A stretch of DNA of 64,000 nucleotides from assembly GCA_963753395.1 (NCBI GenBank), contig CAVWBW010000012.1, positions 516,513-580,512 on the forward strand. Direction: 5' to 3'. A model generated the notes under the pieces. That model was given only the letters and a program-made list of their open reading frames with translations, was not told the DNA's origin and did no database searches. Both the position numbers and the translations under genes were made by a program. Of the stretch, positions 57,575 to 64,000 are shown in pieces. How positions within the stretch are numbered: the first letter of the stretch is position 1; every line of letters begins with the position of its first letter. This DNA is from an uncultured delta proteobacterium (GTDB lineage: Bacteria > Myxococcota_A > Polyangia > Polyangiales > Houyiibacteriaceae).

Positions 57575-59348
57575 ATGCAGCCACTTTCCGGACTCGACTC
57601 CTCGTTCCTCTTTCTCGAAGACCCACACCAGCCGATGCACGTCGGGAGCGTGCTGGTGTTCGAAGGGTCGATGAACTTCCGACGCGTTTCGAGAGACGAT
57701 GGCTTCGCGCGTGCATCTGGTGCCGCGGCTTCGCCAGCGGCTCGTCATGGTTCCCTTCGGGATCGGGAAGCCATACTGGGTCGAGGACCCTGCGTTCAAC
57801 CTCGACATGCACCTCCAGCACGTCGCGCTTCCGAGCCCCGGCAACTGGAAAGAGCTTCGAGGCCTTGCGGCGCGCATCTTCAGCACGCCGCTCGATCGCA
57901 CCCGACCGCTTTGGGAGATGACTTTCGTCGAAGGGCTTGATGCGATCCCGCAGGTGCCGCCGGGCTCCGTCGCGATCATCAACAAGGTGCACCACGCCGC
58001 CATCGACGGTGTGTCGGGCGCGGACATGATGGGCATCCTCCTCGACATGACCAAGGAGCCGAGGACGTTCAGCCCGCCGCCGCCGCGCACGGTGCCGCCG
58101 ATACCCAACGAGGCCGAGATCTTGGCGCACACCGCCCGCAAGATCATGGGCAAGCCCAGCGAGATGAGGCGCGTCGCCGGCGAGATTCGAGACGCGCTCA
58201 AATCCGCCGCCAAGGTTCAGCAGAAGGGGGTCGAAGCGCCTCCAGTTCCCATGACGGCGCCGGTCACACCGTTCAATCACACGATCACCGGGCAGCGCAT
58301 CTGGAACACCGCACTTCTCGAGCTCGACCGCGTCAAAGCGATCCGAAAGGCGAACGGCTGCACGTTGAACGACGTGGTTCTCGCCATTTGTGCCGGGGCG
58401 CTCCGTCGGTACCTCGAAGAGAAAGGGCAGCTTCCCGAGAAGTCGCTCATCGCCATGATCCCGGTTTCCACCCGTGGGGAGGGTGAGCACGGCAAGATGG
58501 GCAACAAGGTGTCCGCCATGATGCTCGACATCGCGACGAACGTTGCAGACCCAGTCGAGCGCCTCAACGTCATCAAAGAACACAGTCAGGGAGGCAAAGC
58601 CTTCGAACGAGCGGGTGCAACCCGGGCATTCGTCGACTTGTGGGAGTTCATCCCGTTCGGCTTGGCCACGCGCATGACTCAGCTCTACTCGCGATTCCGC
58701 GTCGCGGAGATGCACAACCCAATCTTCAACTGTGTGATCACGAACGTGCCAGGTCCGCAGATGGACATGTACATGGCGGGCCACAAGCTCCTTGCGACGA
58801 TGGGGATGGCGCCACTGGTCGATGGAATGGGCCTACTCATCACCGTGTTGAGCTACAACGGCGTGTTGTCGATCAGCCCCACGTCGTCCCCATCGGTCAT
58901 GCCGGATATGGACGATTTCAGCCGTTTTCTCCGCGAAGCCGCGAACGAGCTCGAGGCGGCAGTCATTCCGGACCGGGAGTCGATCGCGCCGCCGAGCGCG
59001 GAGCATGCGAAAGCCGTCGCCGAGCTCACGGCTGCATTCGTCGATCAGATGCGCTCGACGCTCGAACAGGCGCCAAAGGATCGCTCAATCGGTGAGGGGA
59101 CATTTCAGCTCCGGATTACCGGCGTCTCCGACAAGAGCTGGATGATCGATCTCAGCGAGCGAAGCGTGACGGAAGGCAACGGGCGACCTGCGGATGCGAC
59201 CCTCACGATTCGCGACGCGCATCTCGCGCAGATCCTCGAAGGCAAGCTCGACCCTCAGATCGCGTTCGTGCAGGGGAAGCTTCGTGTCGACGGCGACGTC
59301 AACAAGGCGATTGAGTTCGGGGCGCTGCTACCGAAGGTCGTCCCCTAG
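57575..59348 (+). pseudogene. WS/DGAT acyltransferase with C-terminal SCP2 domain; apparent +1 frameshift near 57678-57683 (pseudogene or assembly error)
   Basis: The N-terminus MQPLSGLDSSFLFLEDPHQPMHVGSVLVFEGSMNF is in the frame of ORF 57575. The continuation DAFRETMASRVHLVPRLRQRLV... with the catalytic HHAAIDG is in the frame of ORF 57699..59348. The tail GKLDPQIAFVQGKLRVDGDVNKAIEFGALL is SCP2-like. Confidence 0.8.
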
Positions 59349-61461
59349 GGCGCTGAAGCGCTGCGGCACATCGTTGCCCGGGAGCCTCGGACGGAGCTCG
59401 GGAAGCTGTTCATCCGCGAGCCATTGATAGACGCCGTAGGTCTGCAGCACGCGCCGCGTGTACCGGCGCGTTTCGTCGTAGGGGATCTCTTCGATGAAGA
59501 CGTCGAGCGGACGCCCTGAGTCTTCGACGAGCCAGCGCCGTACCGCCCCTTCGCCGGCGTTGTAGGCAGCGGGCACGAGGGCGGGGTTCTCGTTCAGGCG
59601 GCTCCACAGCCACGCCATGTAGCGCGCCCCGATCTTCAGGTTCACCTCGGGCTTGGTGAGCGTGCGTGGCGTCGCTCTCTCGCCGACTTCAGGGGCGAAA
59701 CGCTTAGCGGTTGGCATAATCAGCTGCACCAGCCCGTAGGCCTTGGCCCAGGATACGGCCTCCGGGTCGAATGAGCTCTCCTCGCGCGCGATGGCGCGAA
59801 CGAACGACGGTGGGATCTGCTCACTCTCAGCGACCTTCTCGATGAGCGGCGAGAACGCCTGCGGATAGGTCGCCTCCCAGATCAGCCGGCCCTCGCCTTT
59901 TGGCAGCAGGCCTTCGAAGTCTTCGAAGTGCGCACGGATGACGCGGCTGAGCTTCGTCTCCGCGCCCGCATGCTGAAGCAGCACCGCGCCGACCACGGCC
60001 ATCTCCGGGTCCACGTCGTTGCCGATCATGCGAAGCGAAGCCATTTCGGACGACGCGTATGTGATCTCGTCGACGATCAGCAGCTCGACCATGCGATTGA
60101 ACGCTGGGTCATCGAATTCGTCGCGCCAAGCGAACACCATGCGGGTGGGCTCCGCGCTGGTGCGCATGTCGCGTAAGATGATCTTGGCGCGCTCCGGGAC
60201 GATCTCGCCGAGTCGCCAGAGCGACTGCTGGGCGTAGTAGCGAAGCGGCCAGCGGGTCGCGATCTCCTCGTACGCGGCGACGGCATCGATGACGGCGTCC
60301 CATCAGGAACAAGGTCCGCGCGCGCCAATACTCCGCGCGTCCGGTGAGGCCTTCCTCATCTTCGTCGCCGCCACGCGTGATGAGCTCTTCAAACCGATCG
60401 TACGCGGCCGGGAAGTCGTTGGCGCGGAGCTCGATCCAGCCGAGCTTGAACAGGGCGCGAGCCCACATGTCGCCATCCGGGTACTTGCGGGGGATCGACG
60501 CGAGGCGTGCCTTGGCAGCCGCTGGTTTTCCGTTCTCGAGCTCGGCTAGCGCCGCACGGTAGCTCGCGTCGTCGGCCAGTCGATGCGCAGGAGCCTCGGC
60601 CTCGAGCTTCGCGAACTGGCGAATGGACTCGTTCCACTGACCGATACGTCCGTACGCACGGGCCGCGTGATAGCGGGCCCAGGCGCGGGTATCGAGGTCG
60701 GCGTTTCGGGTGCAGCTATCCGCGACCTCGCGCATGACCGGTGCCCCGCGCGTTCGTTCGCGCGCCTGCAAGAGCGCGCGCCCCTGCTTGTAGCGAGCCT
60801 TGCACCAGATCGTGCTGCCCTTCTTCAAGTGCCGAACCAGCTTGCCGAAGAGACGCTCCGCTTCTTGGTAGCGCTTGGCGTTGTAGAGCACCTCGGCCTT
60901 GGCGAGGCTCTGTTGCATGCGCGGCTTCACAGGCTGCGCCTTGGGGGCCACGGTAGGCGGCGGGCCGCCGATCTCGATGCTCAGGTGAGCGTTCGAGTCG
61001 GAGCTTCCAGCCTGCATTTCGACCTTAGTCGTCCGCTTTTCCAAGAGCGCCGCGCGCCGGAGCTTGGCCCAGCGCGCGAGCGGGTGATTGAACGTGCCAA
61101 CCGTGTCGAGGTGCGCGAGCGCGATCTCCTTGTACCCCTCGTCGAGCGCGGCGCTGGCAGCGAGCCAATGGAGTCGACCCTTGTCGCGCGCAGCCGCGCT
61201 CGCGAGCGCGGCTTCGGCGAGCTCGCGCGCTTTGGTGGGGTTGTCCTTGTCGAGCTGCTTGCGGACCTGCATCACGATCGACTTGTCGGGCAGCTCGACG
61301 ATGACGGGGTCGAGCACCTTGGGTGGGGGAGCCGGTTCCGCGGCAGCGACTTGCGGCTGAGCCTCGCCCGGCGGCGGCCACACTTCGCGACGCACGTTCT
61401 CTTGGTGGTGGCACGCCACCACCAACCCAATGCACACAGCGAAGGGCCAGATCCGCTTCAT
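59328..61461 (-). pseudogene. Soluble lytic murein transglycosylase (Slt70-like) lipoprotein; apparent frameshift at 60297-60301 (pseudogene or assembly error)
   Basis: ORF 60109..61461 supplies the signal and lipobox (MKRIWPFAVCIGLVVAC) and the superhelical repeats up to ...AEYWRARTLFLMG. The other frame continues AVIDAVAAYEEIATRWPLRYYAQQSLWRLG... into ORF 59328..60167. That ORF holds the SLT catalytic motifs (REESSFDPEA, GLVQLI, AYNAGEG). Confidence 0.8.
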
Positions 61462-61578
61462 CTAGCGAAGGCTAGTGAGTTGGCCCTTAGGGAGCAAGTA
61501 AGGCGACCCCTTAGAAACCCGGCTTCTCGAGGTTCGCGGGGCTTCGCCGCCGCCGCATGCCCGTGTTAGGACGCTCGC

Positions 61579-63171
61579 GTGAGCTACAGCCTCGAAATCG
61601 GCGTCCGGTACCTACGTTCGAAGAAGCGGGCCACCGTCTCGATGATCACCCTGATCTCGATCATCGGCGTCGCGCTCGGCGTGGCTGCCCTCCTGGCGGT
61701 GCTTTCGATCACGACCGGCTTCGAGCAGGCGTTCAAGGACAAGGTGCTTGGCGTCAACGCGCACGTGCTGATCTTGAAGTACGGTCGGGAGTTTCGGGAC
61801 TACCGCGAGGTGCTCGCGACCGTGGGTGAGATGCCCGAGGTCGATGGTCTGGCGCCTTTTTCGATCAACGAGATGATGCTTACCAAAGGCGAGCGTCGTG
61901 CCGTGGTCCTGGTGAAAGGCGTGACCCCGTCCGGGGTTCGCAACGTGCTCGACCTCCCACAACAGATCATCTCGGGGGACCTGTCCGGGCTTCGGCGACA
62001 GGGCGCCCTCCCCACGGCCGCGCCGAAGCCCGCGAGCGACGACGCTTGGCAATGGCTCCGCAACGTCCGCGACGGCAAACCCGAAACTGAGGGCGAGCCC
62101 CTCTTTGGAGCGGCGAAGGACGCGGACACTGCCGAACCAGAGGAATCCGAGGGCCGGACGACGTTCTGGGAAGACGAGAAACAGCGCCGCGCAGCGCAGC
62201 GTGAAGCGGCGAGACGCTCGAGGAAGCCGGACGTTGGTCCGGTGGCGATGCCCAGCGAGATCGAAGCGCTGCTCGGCGGGCTCGAGGATGAGGCCCACGC
62301 GCTGCCGGACGACCGCGAGTGGGAAGCCGGGCTCGTGCAGGGCGCAGCCCAGGAACCCATCGATGCGTTGCCGGGGATCATCGTCGGAAAGACGCTCGCC
62401 GAGGACCTCGGCCTCGAGATCGACGATCGCGTGACACTGATTTCGCCGCTGGCCGCACTCGGGCTTGTACTCAGCGAGCCGCGCACCAGCTCGACGCGCT
62501 CGCGCGCGTTTCGCGTGATCGGCGTGTTCCAAGCGGGCTTCCAGGAATACGATTCGGGGCTGGTCTACACCGACCTCTTCGAGGCTCAACGGCTCTTCGA
62601 CGAGGGCGACAACGTCACGGGGGTCGAGCTTCGCGTGCACGACCTCGACACTTCGTACGAGCTCGCGCGCCGGATCGAGCAGGACCTCGGCGGTGCGTTT
62701 CACTCGCTCGACTGGTCCGAGCTCAACCGCAACCTCTTCACCGCGCTCGAAGTTCAGAAGATCGCGCTGACCCTCGTCATCGCGACGATCATCTTCGTCG
62801 CCGCGTTCAACGTGATCGCGACGTTGATCATGATCGTGCTCGAAAAGAAGCGTGAGATCGCTATTTTGAAGGCCATGGGTGCCACCGACGCGACCGTGCT
62901 GGGCGTGTTCATGCTCCAAGGCGTGGTCGTCGGGGTCATCGGGACGCTTTCGGGCGTGCTCATCGGCGGCGGAATCGTTGCCTACCTAGACAAGATCCGT
63001 TTTCCGCTCGATCCAAACGTCTATCTCATCGACCACCTGCCGGTCGTCCTCAATCCGACCGTGTTTCTGGTGACGATCGCCATCGCGCTCCTGATCTGCA
63101 CCGTGTCGACCATCGCGCCGTCGTGGTGGGCCGCCCGCATGCTGCCTGTGGATGGCCTGCGCTACGAGTGA
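61579..63171 (+). CDS. LolC/LolE-family (FtsX/MacB-type) ABC transporter permease with enlarged periplasmic domain
   Basis: GTG start. MSYSLEIGVRYLRSKKRATVSMITLISIIGVALGVAALL. The C-terminal FtsX module carries EKKREIAILKAMGA. Length 530 aa. Confidence 0.83.
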   Translation: MSYSLEIGVRYLRSKKRATVSMITLISIIGVALGVAALLAVLSITTGFEQAFKDKVLGVNAHVLILKYGREFRDYREVLATVGEMPEVDGLAPFSINEMMLTKGERRAVVLVKGVTPSGVRNVLDLPQQIISGDLSGLRRQGALPTAAPKPASDDAWQWLRNVRDGKPETEGEPLFGAAKDADTAEPEESEGRTTFWEDEKQRRAAQREAARRSRKPDVGPVAMPSEIEALLGGLEDEAHALPDDREWEAGLVQGAAQEPIDALPGIIVGKTLAEDLGLEIDDRVTLISPLAALGLVLSEPRTSSTRSRAFRVIGVFQAGFQEYDSGLVYTDLFEAQRLFDEGDNVTGVELRVHDLDTSYELARRIEQDLGGAFHSLDWSELNRNLFTALEVQKIALTLVIATIIFVAAFNVIATLIMIVLEKKREIAILKAMGATDATVLGVFMLQGVVVGVIGTLSGVLIGGGIVAYLDKIRFPLDPNVYLIDHLPVVLNPTVFLVTIAIALLICTVSTIAPSWWAARMLPVDGLRYE

Positions 63172-63185
63172 TAGGGTGCGCCGCA

Positions 63186-64000
63186 ATGAATCGGACTAGA
63201 TCGGTCGTTGCTGCGGCGCTCGGGATGAGCCTTTGCCTCATCGCATGCGGCAGCAGCAGCAACTCGGAAACCTCGCAAAGCACGGAGAGCCTGGGCTGCG
63301 TCGGCGGGACGCTCGATGCGAGCGTGACCCATGTGGACCTCGAGCACGATGGCGAGATGCGAAGCTACGAGCTCTACGTGCCGCCGAGCTACGACGGGAC
63401 GTCGCCGCTGCCGGTGGTCCTCAATTTCCATGGGCTCACGTCGAGCGGGCTCTTACAACAAGAGGGCACGAAGATGGACGAGCTTGCGTCACGCGAAGGC
63501 TTCCTCGTCGCGTACCCGAACGGCCTCGACAGCTCGTGGAACGCCGGCGTCTGTTGTGGCCGGTCGGCCGAAACCAACGTCGACGATGTCGGCTTCACGC
63601 GTGTGGTGATCGAAGACCTCGGCGAGCGCGGCTGCATCGACGAGGCGCGGGTGTACGCAACCGGGATGTCCAACGGCGGGTTCCTCTCGCACCGCTTGGC
63701 TTGCGAAGCCGCCGACCTCATCGCTGCCGCGGCCCCGGTCGCCGCGGTTCTCGGAATCGAAGAGTCTGCCTGCGACCCTTCGAGGCCCATCCCCATCGTT
63801 CAGATCAATGGCACGGCGGATCCGCTCGTTGCTTACGAAGGGGGCGGCCTTACCGACTCGCCGAGCGCCCAGGATTCCATCGACGGCTGGATCGCGCGCG
63901 ACAGCTGCACCGGTGAGCCCGTGCTCACTTACGAGAATGGCGCAGCCACGTGCGAGACCGTGGGTGACTGCGACGGTGAGGCGAGCGTCACCCTCTGCTC
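63186..64000 (+). CDS. PHB-depolymerase-family esterase (LpqC-like) lipoprotein; the 3' end runs off the right edge
   Basis: Hand translation from ATG 63186 gives MNRTRSVVAAALGMSLCLIAC (lipobox)...RSYELYVPPSYDGTSPLPVVLNFHG...WNAGVCCG...VYATGMSNGG (GxSxG). It stays open to the window end. The Arg-rich ORF 63233..63916 is an off-frame shadow. Confidence 0.72.
   Translation, partial: MNRTRSVVAAALGMSLCLIACGSSSNSETSQSTESLGCVGGTLDASVTHVDLEHDGEMRSYELYVPPSYDGTSPLPVVLNFHGLTSSGLLQQEGTKMDELASREGFLVAYPNGLDSSWNAGVCCGRSAETNVDDVGFTRVVIEDLGERGCIDEARVYATGMSNGGFLSHRLACEAADLIAAAAPVAAVLGIEESACDPSRPIPIVQINGTADPLVAYEGGGLTDSPSAQDSIDGWIARDSCTGEPVLTYENGAATCETVGDCDGEASVTLC

Noticed and set aside
57573-58784. 403-aa minus-strand ORF opposite the WS/DGAT gene
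   Set aside because: It is an antisense shadow. HHAAIDG and the rest of the acyltransferase lie on the + strand.
60583-62919. ORFs 60583..61569 (+, 328 aa) and 61612..62919 (-, 435 aa)
   Set aside because: They are antisense to the Slt-like gene and to the LolC/E permease respectively.
63233-63916. 227-aa Arg-rich + ORF at the right end
   Set aside because: It is off-frame. The frame starting at ATG 63186 gives a lipobox and a GxSxG esterase pattern and stays open to the window end.

Overview
High-GC bacterial chromosomal segment. The domain repertoire suggests Myxococcota, which is an inference: AgmX/PglI-type domain, DUF4388, an FHA fusion, a CarH-type regulator, many Cys-rich or TSP3 lipoproteins, and dense two-component and c-di-GMP signalling. 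I call about 55 protein genes, mostly housekeeping or core metabolism. They include tatBC, gyrB, a two-gene acyl-CoA carboxylase, pdhABC, a GH31 hydrolase, a GlcD-like oxidase and pssA. They also include a moaD-moaE fusion, an M16 peptidase, a PpiD-like PPIase, fbp, otsAB-cysQ, hemW-ccmAB, nadA, dnaJ, a WS/DGAT, an Slt transglycosylase and a LolC/E permease. I saw no rRNA, tRNA, CRISPR array, transposase, integrase or phage genes. Many long ORFs in the supplied track are antisense or off-frame shadows typical of high-GC DNA, and I rejected them. Four things are not explained by ordinary annotation. (1) A 393-bp GC-rich non-coding element occurs twice in the same orientation (20181-20573 and 25017-25409). 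Each copy fills a convergent intergenic gap just downstream of the acyl-CoA carboxylase or the pyruvate dehydrogenase operon. Each has imperfect terminal inverted repeats and conserved internal helices, and is flanked by CCAGCG/TTCAGCG satellites. The same hexamer also encodes the Ala-Pro linker of the E2 gene. (2) A CarH-type (MerR plus B12-binding, Wx9EH, ExHxxG) photoreceptor repressor is divergent from a DUF4397 lipoprotein gene. Three tandem 11-bp direct repeats fitting nAnnTnnACAn sit immediately upstream of that gene. (3) An orphan FHA-fused CpaF/VirB11-like ATPase has a degenerate Walker A. (4) Three genes (TSP3-vWA lipoprotein, WS/DGAT-SCP2, Slt) each carry an apparent single-base frameshift at a short homopolymer. 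These could be assembly errors rather than biology. All coordinates and motifs were read by eye from the sequence and the ORF track. No database search was run.
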